A DNA stretch of 32,000 nt, taken from Mobilicoccus caccae. GTDB lineage: Bacteria; Actinomycetota; Actinomycetes; Actinomycetales; Dermatophilaceae. Of the stretch, positions 1 to 7,721 are shown piece by piece; the stretch's first letter is position 1; each line of letters starts with the position of its first letter. The stretch is taken from the NCBI RefSeq assembly GCF_030161635.1, contig NZ_BSUO01000001.1, positions 817,199 through 849,198 of the forward strand, in the 5' to 3' direction. The notes under the pieces were generated by a model. The model was not told the DNA's origin, made no database searches, and saw nothing but the letters and a program-made list of their open reading frames with translations. Made by a program: the position numbers and the translations under genes.

Positions 1-867
1 GGAGTCTCCGAAGCGTGGTTCTACAAGTGGATCAAGCGCGCCGACGGTCCCGGCGCTGCCAGCGGGCTGTTCACCGACACCGACCGCCGCCGCGACACCG
101 TCGACCGCGCGGTGCGCGTCGCGTTCAAGAACGCCAAGGGCCTGCACGGCTCACCGCGCTTGCACGCCGACCTGCGCGAGGCTGGCTGGCAGATCAGCGA
201 GAAGACGGTCGCCGAGTCGATGCGCCGCCAAGGCCTGGTCGCCCGCGTCATCAAGCGGCGCAGCGGCCTGACCAGGCAGGACAAGACCGCACCCAAGTTC
301 CCGGACCTGGTGCGTCGCAACTTCACCGCGCCGGCGCCGAACTGCAAGTGGGTCGGCGACATCACCGAGATCCCCACGGCCGAGGGCAAGCTGTACCTGG
401 CCACCGTGATCGACCTGTACTCGCGCCGGTTGCTCGGCGCGGCCACCAGTGCCCACCCCGACGCTGACCTGGCGTGCGCGGCGATCCAGATGGCCGTGAC
501 CGCTCGCGGCGGCAAGGAGGCGATCTGGCGCGAGGACGAGTCCGACCGGGTCATCTTCCACACCGACCGGGGCTCGACCTACACGGCGACCTCGTTCACC
601 CGGCTCTGCGCCGACCTCGGGATCCGCCAGTCGATGGGCCGGGTCGGGTCGTGCTTCGACAACGCCGCCGCCGAGGCGTTCTTCTCCTCCCTGGAGTGGG
701 AGGTCCTGTCCCGGCAGGCGTTCGACACCCGAGCCCAGGCCCGGGCCCTGGTCATCGACTGGGCCTACGGATTCTACAACCACCAACGCCGGCATAGCGC
801 GGCTGGCATGATGTCACCGGTCAACTACGAGCAGTCCACCGCAGCGTCCGTCCCGGACGCCGCGTAG
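1..867 (+). CDS. IS3-family transposase OrfB (DDE/rve integrase core), 5' end cut by window edge
   Basis: Frame 1 is open from nt 1 (GVSEAWFYKWIKRA...) and runs into listed ORF 112..867. Motifs WVGDITEI, FHTDRGSTYT, CFDNAAAEAFFSSLEWE and YNHQRRHSA are typical of IS3 OrfB. Confidence 0.9.
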   Translation, partial: GVSEAWFYKWIKRADGPGAASGLFTDTDRRRDTVDRAVRVAFKNAKGLHGSPRLHADLREAGWQISEKTVAESMRRQGLVARVIKRRSGLTRQDKTAPKFPDLVRRNFTAPAPNCKWVGDITEIPTAEGKLYLATVIDLYSRRLLGAATSAHPDADLACAAIQMAVTARGGKEAIWREDESDRVIFHTDRGSTYTATSFTRLCADLGIRQSMGRVGSCFDNAAAEAFFSSLEWEVLSRQAFDTRAQARALVIDWAYGFYNHQRRHSAAGMMSPVNYEQSTAASVPDAA

Positions 868-905
868 CCCGAAGCCCTCCACGATCCGGGGGAACCACAC
901 CCGGC
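1..905 (+). mobile_element. Right-hand part of an IS3-family insertion sequence; the right end lies somewhere between 868 and about 905
   Basis: The transposase ends at 867. aztD-like coding sequence resumes in frame 3 by about 906 (..LTAVTYDMPHAGHVV..). The terminal repeat cannot be defined because the left end is outside the window. Confidence 0.6.
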
Positions 906-1849
906 CTGACCGCGGTCACCTACGACATGCCCCACGCCGGACATGTCGTCCTGCATCACGGCCGGACCGTGTTGTTCGCCGACGGCGACGGGACGATCCT
1001 CGCGATGGATTCGGACAAGGTCGCCGACACCGGCCGCGGCCCGACGCGCTACGGCGCCGACGCGGCACATCACGGTGTCGCCATGGAGCTGGCCGACGGG
1101 TCGCTGCTCACCACGCAGGGCACCAAGGACGCGCGCACGACGATCCAGAACAAGAAGGGCTCGACGGTCCTCAGCGAGACCAAGGACTGCCCGGGAGTCC
1201 ACGGCGAGGCCGCGGCCAAGCCCGACACCCACGGCGACGTCGTGGTCTTCGGGTGCGAGAACGGCCCCGTCGTCTTCCGTGACGGCGCCTTCCACAAGGT
1301 GCCGGTCAAGGACGCCTATTCCCGCTCGGGCAACCTCGCCGGATCCGACGCTTCGCCGATCGTGCTCGGGGACTACAAGGTCGACAAGGACGCCGAGCAG
1401 GAGCGACCGACGCGGGTCGCGTTGATCGACACCCGCAACGACAGCCTCAAGCTCGTCGACCTCGGCTCGCCGTACTGGTTCCGCTCGCTCGCGCGCGGCC
1501 CCGAGGGTGAGGGGCTCGTGCTCACCTACGACGGCAGCCTGCGCGTCATCGACGAGGAGAAGGGGACGCAGACGGCCTCGATCAAGGTCATCGAGCCCTG
1601 GCAGGAGAAGAAGGACTGGCAGGAGCCGGGCCCGGCGATCAAGGTGGCCGGCGACAAGGCCTACGTCACCGACGCCGAGAAGAAGAAGCTGCACGTCGTC
1701 GACCTGCACAAGAAGGCCGTGAGCAACACCTACGACCTGCCGCACACGCCGGTGGAGATCGCCGTCACCACCGGTGAGGCGGAGAACCCGGCGAAGAGCG
1801 CCGACGGCCACGGCCACGAGGGGAGGGCCACGAGGGTCACGACCACTGA
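906..1849 (+). pseudogene. aztD: AztD-like periplasmic beta-propeller zinc metallochaperone. N-terminal part removed by the IS3 insertion, plus an apparent 1-nt frameshift near the 3' end
   Basis: Motifs PHAGHVVLHHGRTVLFADGDG, AAHHGVAMELADGSL, CPGVHGEA, GNLAGSDASPIVLGDYK and FRSLARG match my recollection of AztD-family proteins. No signal peptide or N-terminus is present. The listed frame stays open to 3287. Adding one G to the G4 run at 1820-1823 gives a His-rich tail ...DGHGHEGEGHEGHDH and a stop at 1847-1849, just before a terminator hairpin. Confidence 0.6.
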
Positions 1850-1862
1850 GCCGGACCTGACG

Positions 1863-1906
1863 CGGCGACGCCTCCCCGATCCTGGTCGGTCGGGGAGGCG
1901 TCGCCG
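1863..1906. terminator. Bidirectional stem-loop between the convergent aztD-like and lipase genes
   Basis: 15-bp perfect stem cggcgacgcctcccc (1863-1877) / ggggaggcgtcgccg (1892-1906) with a 14-nt loop. No U tract, which is common for actinobacterial terminators. Confidence 0.55.
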
Positions 1907-1937
1907 GTGGCAGGCGGCAGGCCTGAGGTCGCGAGCG

Positions 1938-3215
1938 TCAGAGGAGGCGGCGGTTGGAGAGCTGCTTGGTGCCGGCGAAACGTCCCTCGAACCACAACTG
2001 GGCAGCGGTGGCGTGGGTGAATCCGCCGGTGAGGTGGCTCACATTGAGGTGGGTACGCAGTTGGACGTCGGCTCCCTGCGCACACCAGTCTTTGGCGAGC
2101 TGCTTGCCGACGGCGTAGGGGACGACGTCGTCACCCAACGCGTGGGTGACGAGGACAGGGACCGCCGGCTTGAGCCTCCCGATCCGGCTGTCGGCGATGG
2201 CGCTGCGCATCGGCTCGGTGTCGAAGGACGTGTAGAGGGGCTTGCCGTCCTTGGTCAGCGTCGCGGTCTTGAGGCCACCGAACGTCGTGATCTCCAGCGC
2301 GCAGTGGTCCTCGGCGCGGCGCAGGGTCTCCAGGCCGGCCTCGTTGAGCGAGTCCTTCGGGTCGATGTGGTAGCCCGTCATGAGGCCGATCGCCGAGTAC
2401 AGGGTGAAGGCCGAGTAGAGGGAGCCTTCGATCTTCCTGCCCACGGGGACGAGGTCGGCCGGGACCGCTCCGGCGGCGGCGCCCTTGATGTCGAGCTCGG
2501 GTGCGTAGGAGGGGGCGAGCTCGGCGGCCGCCGCCACCGCTCCACCACCCTGGGAGTAACCGTTGAGGCCCACCGGGTTGGAGCTGTCGATGCCGGTGAA
2601 CCCGAGTCCTGCTGCGGCGCGGGCCATGTCGAGCACTGCGTGGGCCTGGGCCTCCCGGACCATGTAGGTGTGCGACCCGGGGGTCCCGAGCCCCTGGTAG
2701 TCGGGGATCGCGATGGCGTACCCGCGCAGCAGCAGGTTCTTCATGAACAGGATCTCGTACTGGGAGAACTGCTGGAACTTGCGGGAGGCGGCGCAACGGT
2801 CGCCGGTGCCCTGTGTGCCGGGGGCGTGGACGATGATCGGACGCTTCTTGCCCGGGGTGATCCACTTCGCGCGCGGCACGACGACGAGGCCGGTGAGGGC
2901 GATGGTGTTGCCCTCGCGGTCCTTGCTCGAGTACATGACGCGGCGCGCGTCGAAGCTCAGGTCGTTGGCGCGCAGCGGGTCGGCCACGGTGTCGCCGTGC
3001 TCCTGCCGGATGACGGTGCCGGGCTTCGCGGGCAGCGCGCTGGGCGGTTCGTAGAACGCGGGACGGGGGCCTTCGGCGACGCCGGTCAGCGTGGCGGCGC
3101 CGGCGGTTCCGGGGATGTCGCCCGGGCTCGCGGAGGCGGGAACGGCGGCGGCGGAGACGAGAAGGGCGCACGCGAGGAAGGTGCCGCTCCCCCGAAGGAG
3201 CCTGGACGCAGACAT
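1938..3215 (-). CDS. Secreted lipase, LIP family (alpha/beta hydrolase)
   Basis: Start chosen at ATG 3215, with AGGAG 5 nt upstream. Signal peptide MSASRLLRGSGTFLACALLVSAAAVPASA. Nucleophile elbow GYSQGG. Length and layout are typical of the secretory lipase family. The upstream part of listed ORF 1938..3392 has no coding character. Confidence 0.8.
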   Translation of the reverse strand: MSASRLLRGSGTFLACALLVSAAAVPASASPGDIPGTAGAATLTGVAEGPRPAFYEPPSALPAKPGTVIRQEHGDTVADPLRANDLSFDARRVMYSSKDREGNTIALTGLVVVPRAKWITPGKKRPIIVHAPGTQGTGDRCAASRKFQQFSQYEILFMKNLLLRGYAIAIPDYQGLGTPGSHTYMVREAQAHAVLDMARAAAGLGFTGIDSSNPVGLNGYSQGGGAVAAAAELAPSYAPELDIKGAAAGAVPADLVPVGRKIEGSLYSAFTLYSAIGLMTGYHIDPKDSLNEAGLETLRRAEDHCALEITTFGGLKTATLTKDGKPLYTSFDTEPMRSAIADSRIGRLKPAVPVLVTHALGDDVVPYAVGKQLAKDWCAQGADVQLRTHLNVSHLTGGFTHATAAQLWFEGRFAGTKQLSNRRLL

Positions 3216-3250
3216 GGGAACTCCTGGGTGAAAGCCGGGATGGTGAGAGG

Positions 3251-3280
3251 AACCTACGCAGGAGTAACCGGCCACCGCAA
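3251..3280 (-). promoter_or_regulatory. Candidate sigma-70-type promoter for the lipase gene (TTGCGG-N18-TAGGTT)
   Basis: On the minus strand, ttgcgg (3280-3275) and taggtt (3256-3251) are separated by 18 nt, about 35 nt upstream of the ATG. Motif match only. Confidence 0.25.
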
Positions 3281-3394
3281 CGGTTGACTTTCGGCTGCCC
3301 GTGTGCCTACTGACGAGTAGTTCCGGGGTGGTGGGTCGGGTTCCATCGCCGGGGATCACGAACTCCCTTCGGCGCCCACGACATCGGGCCACGG

Positions 3395-3448
3395 CCTCCT
3401 CCTCACTCGGGCCGCGTCGACGTCGAGGCGGCCCGAGTGAGGAGGAGG
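3395..3448. terminator. Very strong stem-loop downstream of the COG0523 gene
   Basis: 21-bp perfect inverted repeat cctcctcctcactcgggccgc (3395-3415) / gcggcccgagtgaggaggagg (3428-3448) with a 12-nt loop. It starts 25 nt after the stop at 3474. Confidence 0.65.
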
Positions 3449-3473
3449 GGGTCGAGATGCGGGAAGGGACGCT

Positions 3474-4586
3474 TCAGCGGGTGTAGCGGGTCATCGCGTG
3501 GAGGCGGTCCGGGTCGAGGGGGCCCTCCTCGGACAGGCACGCCCGCATGGCTTCCTCGACCGCCTCGGTGTCGATGCCGGTGCCGATGGCGACGAGCTGG
3601 GTGATCGGGGCGGTGTCGGCGGGCCAGGGTCGCTTCTCGAAGGCGAGCCATCCGCCGACGGCCTGGACGATGTACTGACGGTCGTTGCCGGGCACGTCGA
3701 CGTGTGTCCGCCCCTTGACGCGGTACACCCCCGGCGCCCGATGTTCGAGGAACGCGACGAGACGCCGCGGGTCCACGGGCAGCGGCGACTCGACGCTCAC
3801 CGACGAGTAACGGTGATGCGCGTGGTCGCACGCGTGGTCGTGGCAGGACTCGTCAGCGCCGACCGGGGCTTCGTCATGGTGGTCGTGCTCGTCGTGCCGG
3901 TGGTCCTTCGCGCCGTGCTCGAGCAGGAGGTCGGTGAACGACAGCTGCCCGGTGGGTGCGTCGCGCTCGGCGGCGTCGAACAGCAGCGTGGGGTCGATGC
4001 GCCCGTAGGACGTCCGGACCACGGGCGTGCCGGGTGCGTGGCGCTGCAGGGCCTCGGTGAGACGCTGCGCCGCCTCCGGGTGGTCGTGCAGGAGGTCGTC
4101 CTTGTTGACGACGAGCAGTGAGGCCACCTGCAGGTGATCGACCGCGACGGGCAGGGGGTCGATCGCCCCGTCGGGCCCGGGCAGCCAGGCCGCCGCGTCG
4201 AGGACCTCGACGATGCCCCCGAACCGGATCCGGGTGACCGTGCTCGACAGGAGCATCCGCGCCAGTTCACGCGGTTCGGCCAGACCCGAGGCCTCGACGA
4301 CGATGACGTCGAGGTCCATCGACGGCCGCGCCAGCAGGGCGAGCGTGTCGTCGAGTTCGCTCGGGTCGGACAGGCAGCACAGGCACCCGCCCGAGATCGT
4401 GGCCGTCGCGTCGACGTGCCCCTGCACGAGGAACGCATCGACGTTGATGTCGCCGAAGTCGTTGATGACGACTCCGATCCGGCCCATCCCCTGACGCAGG
4501 AGGTGATTGAGCAGCGTCGTCTTTCCGCTGCCGAGTCCTCCGGAGACGACGATGACGGGCACACGACTTCTCGTGCGGACGGACAT
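3474..4586 (-). CDS. COG0523/CobW-family G3E GTPase, putative zinc metallochaperone
   Basis: P-loop GGLGSGKTTLLNHL, metal-binding CxCC (GGCLCCL), and a His-rich insert HGAKDHRHDEHDHHDE...CHDHACDHAHH. RBS aaggggga lies upstream of ATG 4586. Confidence 0.9.
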   Translation of the reverse strand: MSVRTRSRVPVIVVSGGLGSGKTTLLNHLLRQGMGRIGVVINDFGDINVDAFLVQGHVDATATISGGCLCCLSDPSELDDTLALLARPSMDLDVIVVEASGLAEPRELARMLLSSTVTRIRFGGIVEVLDAAAWLPGPDGAIDPLPVAVDHLQVASLLVVNKDDLLHDHPEAAQRLTEALQRHAPGTPVVRTSYGRIDPTLLFDAAERDAPTGQLSFTDLLLEHGAKDHRHDEHDHHDEAPVGADESCHDHACDHAHHRYSSVSVESPLPVDPRRLVAFLEHRAPGVYRVKGRTHVDVPGNDRQYIVQAVGGWLAFEKRPWPADTAPITQLVAIGTGIDTEAVEEAMRACLSEEGPLDPDRLHAMTRYTR

Positions 4587-4637
4587 CGTTCCCCCTTCGA
4601 CGACGGCTCCACCGACCAGGCGGCGGAGGCGGCCGTC

Positions 4638-5582
4638 TCAGTCCTCTTCGTCGGCGGAGGCCGCGTTGGAGATGGACGAACGGTCGAACGGGGTGCGTTG
4701 GTAGACGCTGTAGTTGAGCCAGTTCGCGTAGAGCAGGTAGGCGTGGGAGCGCCACCGCTGGCGCGGCGGCTGCGCGGGGTCGTCGCCTGGGTAGTAGCCG
4801 CGGGGGACGGCGATGTCCTTGCCCTTGGCGATGTCGCGGTCGTACTCGCCCTTGAGGGTGTCGCGGTCGTACTCGGGGTGTCCGGTGACGAAGATGCGCC
4901 GACCGTCCTTGCTGGCGGCGAGGTAGAGGCCGGCCTCCTCGGAGGTGGCGATGACCTCCAGGTCGGGCTCGGCCTCGATGTCGGCGATCGAGGTGCCCGT
5001 GTGGCGGGAGTGCGGCGCGAGGAAGGTCTCGTCGAAACCACTGACGGTCGGGGCCAACGGCTGGTGCACGCGGTGCTCGAAGACGCCGAACATCTTGGCG
5101 TCGAGCTCGTGCTTGTCGATGCCGTAATGCCGGTACAGGCCGGCCTGCGCGCCCCAGCACACGTGCATCGTCGAGTACACGTTGGTGCGGCTCCAGTCGA
5201 GGATCTCGCACAGCTCGGGCCAGTACTCGACCTCCTCGAACCGCAGATGCTCCACGGGCGCCCCCGTGATGACGAGGCCGTCGAACTTCTCGTCCCGCAC
5301 CTGGTCGAAGGTGCGGTAGAACGCGTCGAGATGCTGACGGGCGGTGTTGCGCGACTCGTAGCTGCGCATCGTCAGCAGCGTGATCTCGACCTGCATCGCC
5401 GTGTTGCCGAGCAGACGCAGCAGCTGGGTCTCGGTGTCGATCTTCGTCGGCATGAGGTTGACGATGGCGATCGACAACGGCCGGATGTCCTGCATGTCGG
5501 CGCGCTCGCGTGACATGACGAAGACGTTCTCGCCCGCGAGCGTGCGACGGGCAGGTAGTGCGTGCGGGATTCTGACGGGCAC
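4638..5582 (-). CDS. metA: Homoserine O-acyltransferase, MetA type (succinyl- versus acetyl-CoA specificity not decidable from sequence)
   Basis: Collinear with E. coli MetA: [82 protein letters not shown]. Start set at GTG 5582 by alignment to the MPIRVP N-terminus, with GGGAG upstream. The listed ORF extends to 5657. Confidence 0.88.
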   Translation of the reverse strand: MPVRIPHALPARRTLAGENVFVMSRERADMQDIRPLSIAIVNLMPTKIDTETQLLRLLGNTAMQVEITLLTMRSYESRNTARQHLDAFYRTFDQVRDEKFDGLVITGAPVEHLRFEEVEYWPELCEILDWSRTNVYSTMHVCWGAQAGLYRHYGIDKHELDAKMFGVFEHRVHQPLAPTVSGFDETFLAPHSRHTGTSIADIEAEPDLEVIATSEEAGLYLAASKDGRRIFVTGHPEYDRDTLKGEYDRDIAKGKDIAVPRGYYPGDDPAQPPRQRWRSHAYLLYANWLNYSVYQRTPFDRSSISNAASADEED

Positions 5583-5702
5583 GAGTAGGACTCCCGAGTG
5601 ATCGAGGAACCGGTCCGGGCCTGGCCGGGGGTGTGTCCACGATACGGCTCGGGTCACGGACGGGTCGGGCCGGTCCGGCGGGCGGAAGGCGACACCTCTA
5701 GA

Positions 5703-5727
5703 TGTACTGACCGGACACGTTGATCGA
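5703..5727 (+). repeat. Left terminal inverted repeat (IRL) of the IS481-family element
   Basis: tgtactgaccggacacgttgatcga, compared with the reverse complement of 8678-8702, tgtactgaccggggacgttggtcaa. Confidence 0.75.
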
Positions 5728-5744
5728 CTACATGCCGTGAGGTC

Positions 5745-5793
5745 ACCTCCTGGTTGGTGCCACTTGTTATACTTGTGGCACCAACCAGGAGGT
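5745..5793. promoter_or_regulatory. 19-bp perfect inverted repeat (operator or RBS-sequestering hairpin) enclosing an extended -10 and the Shine-Dalgarno of the AbrB-like gene
   Basis: acctcctggttggtgccac (5745-5763) / gtggcaccaaccaggaggt (5775-5793), with 11-nt spacer ttgttatactt. TGtTATACT lies at 5765-5773. The right arm contains AGGAGG (5787-5792), 5 nt before ATG 5798. Confidence 0.6.
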
Positions 5794-5797
5794 CAGC

Positions 5798-6046
5798 ATG
5801 GACATGGATCAAACGCCCCCACCGGGCAAGTACGCCGCGACGGTCAAGGTCGGCCCCAAGGGACAGGTCGTCATCCCCAAGGGTGCGCGGGAGCTCTTCG
5901 ATATTCACCCGGGCGACACCCTGCTCCTGCTCGCTGACGCGAACCAAGGGATCGCTTTGATGCGCCAGGAGACGCTCGATCAGATCGTCATGCAGGCGAT
6001 GCCTAGCCATCAGGCCCCCGTGGACTCCGAGGGTGATGAGGGATGA
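5798..6046 (+). CDS. AbrB/MazE/SpoVT-family DNA-binding protein (82 aa)
   Basis: SpoVT-AbrB signature VKVGPKGQVVIPKGARELFDIHPGDTLLLL with an acidic C-terminal tail. Strong SD. The stop overlaps the next start (ATGA at 6043-6046). Confidence 0.8.
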   Translation: MDMDQTPPPGKYAATVKVGPKGQVVIPKGARELFDIHPGDTLLLLADANQGIALMRQETLDQIVMQAMPSHQAPVDSEGDEG

Positions 6047-6972
6047 AGAATGTCGTGAGCTGTGCGGCTGTCAGCCGCAACTTCGGCAGCTTCACTGCCC
6101 TCGAAGACGTCTCCTTCAAGGTCCGCGAAGGAGAGATCTTCGGGGTCGTGGGCCCGAATGGTGCTGGTAAGACGACCCTGTTGAACTGCCTGGAAGGACT
6201 GGACCGCCCCTCGTCTGGGCACGTCGAGGTGCTCGGCTGCGACCCCATCAAGGACCAGCACTCGTTGGCTCAGCAAATTGGGGTCCAGCTGCAAAGCGCG
6301 GCCCTGCCACCTCGCCTCACTGTGCAGGACGCCCTCGAGCTCTACTCCGCCCTCTACGAGCGTCCGCGGCCTTGGCGCGAACTGCTGAAGGATCTGGGGA
6401 TCAAGGACAAGGCCAACGCCCGCGTTGACAGGCTCTCGGGTGGGGAGCGTCAACGAGTGTTCGTCGCCCTCGCCTTGATCAACCGTCCCCAGCTCGCCTT
6501 CTTGGACGAGCTCACCACCGCTCTCGATCCTCAGTCACGTCGAAACATGTGGGACACCGTCGAGCACGTCCGCGATAGCGGTGCAACGGTCGTTCTCACA
6601 ACCCACTACATGGAGGAGGCCGAACGGCTATGCGACCGTGTAGCCATCATCGACCACGGCCGGTTGGTTGCTTTGGACACAGTGGCTTCCCTCATCCAGC
6701 AACACGCCGGCGAAACCACGGCGAAGCTCATCCTGTCGGCGTCGCCTAGCGCAGAGTTCGACCTCAACGGAGTTCCTGGCGTGACCAGCGCTCGAACAGA
6801 GGGACGGGAACTGACCATCCGCGGCACTGCGGACGGGCTGCAGGGCGTCCTTGCTGCACTGGCGGCACACCGCATCACCGTAACGAGCATGAGCACGACG
6901 ACCCCCGGCCTTGAAGACGTCTTCCTGGCCCTCACCGGTCGACACATCACCACCGAGGAGCAGGCGGCATGA
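6043..6972 (+). CDS. ABC transporter ATP-binding protein (ABC-2/DrrA-like exporter ATPase)
   Basis: Walker A GPNGAGKTT, signature LSGGERQR, Walker B LAFLDE and H-loop TTHYMEEAE. ATGA overlaps at both ends. Confidence 0.92.
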   Translation: MKNVVSCAAVSRNFGSFTALEDVSFKVREGEIFGVVGPNGAGKTTLLNCLEGLDRPSSGHVEVLGCDPIKDQHSLAQQIGVQLQSAALPPRLTVQDALELYSALYERPRPWRELLKDLGIKDKANARVDRLSGGERQRVFVALALINRPQLAFLDELTTALDPQSRRNMWDTVEHVRDSGATVVLTTHYMEEAERLCDRVAIIDHGRLVALDTVASLIQQHAGETTAKLILSASPSAEFDLNGVPGVTSARTEGRELTIRGTADGLQGVLAALAAHRITVTSMSTTTPGLEDVFLALTGRHITTEEQAA

Positions 6973-7721
6973 ACGCATATCGAGCCCTTCTCAAAGCCCT
7001 ATGGCGCTCCCAGCGCCGCGACCCTGTAGGCCTGTTCTTCTCTTTCGGTTTCGCGCCGGTTTTGGTGCTGGCCTTGGGTGTGATCTTCGGTAACGATCCG
7101 CGACCGGAGTTCGGTGGACGGGGATTCCTCGATGCGACCCTGCCCGCCTTCGCCTCTCTTGTTCTCGCCATGACCGGGGTCCTCCAGGTGCCCGTGGCGA
7201 TGCTGACCCTTCGTGACACGGGCGCACTCCGACGCCTGAGTCTTACGCCGCTGCGTCGTTCCACCTTCATCGCAGCGAGCCTCACCGTGCACTTCGTCGT
7301 AGGTATTGCGGGCATGCTCACCGCTTTGGCGATTGGGATCGGGGTTTTCGGGGTGCCCATGCCTAGCCACGTCCCAGGTGTCCTGGCCGTGTGCCTCATC
7401 GGGCTCAGCACCTTCCTCGCAGTGGGTTGCGCGCTTGCTGCGCTCTATCCGTCCGCCACTGCCGCTACGGGCATAGGGAACGTGCTCATGATCCTGCTCA
7501 TGCTCACATCCGGAGCCTTTACGCCATTGGCGGCGATGCCGTCGGCGATTCAGCAGATCGTTAAGTATTCACCCGTCCGTTGGTTCGTCGAAGCCGCTCA
7601 ACACGCGTGGGACGGCGACCCACTAGCCGCCATGATCATGCCGGTGTTTCTTCTGTGCGTTGTACTCGCCGTCGCTGCTCTCGTTGGCCGGTGGCGCTTC
7701 CAGTGGGAGCCGGTCCGATGA
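6969..7721 (+). CDS. ABC-2 family transporter permease
   Basis: Six predicted hydrophobic segments. N-terminus MNAYRALLKALWRSQRRDP is typical of ABC-2 permeases. The C-terminus ..GRWRFQWEPVR aligns without gaps to the resident paralog at 19101..20069 (..VRRYLKWEPRR). Confidence 0.88.
   Translation: MNAYRALLKALWRSQRRDPVGLFFSFGFAPVLVLALGVIFGNDPRPEFGGRGFLDATLPAFASLVLAMTGVLQVPVAMLTLRDTGALRRLSLTPLRRSTFIAASLTVHFVVGIAGMLTALAIGIGVFGVPMPSHVPGVLAVCLIGLSTFLAVGCALAALYPSATAATGIGNVLMILLMLTSGAFTPLAAMPSAIQQIVKYSPVRWFVEAAQHAWDGDPLAAMIMPVFLLCVVLAVAALVGRWRFQWEPVR

Noticed and set aside
5583-5702. Possible SAM riboswitch or Met-box leader upstream of metA
   Set aside because: I could not recognise SAM-I or SAM-IV conserved cores or a convincing multi-helix fold by eye. 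A covariance-model scan (Rfam SAM families) would be needed to be sure.
3216-5702. Zur box near the COG0523 and aztD-like genes
   Set aside because: No AT-rich palindrome of the Zur type is visible in the intergenic regions within the window. The regulatory site may lie elsewhere or be absent.
5654-6010. 118-aa minus-strand ORF overlapping the AbrB-like gene
   Set aside because: It is antisense to a gene with a clear SpoVT-AbrB signature and a strong SD. It has no start context or family resemblance.
7661-7683. tgtactcgcc... inside the permease gene as a possible left IR of a minimal (about 1.04 kb) IS481 element
   Set aside because: Only the first 6 nt plus a few scattered positions match the right end. 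No CTAG lies beside it. The permease C-terminus it would replace is homologous to the resident paralog up to the stop. The repeat at 5703-5727 matches far better (21/25).
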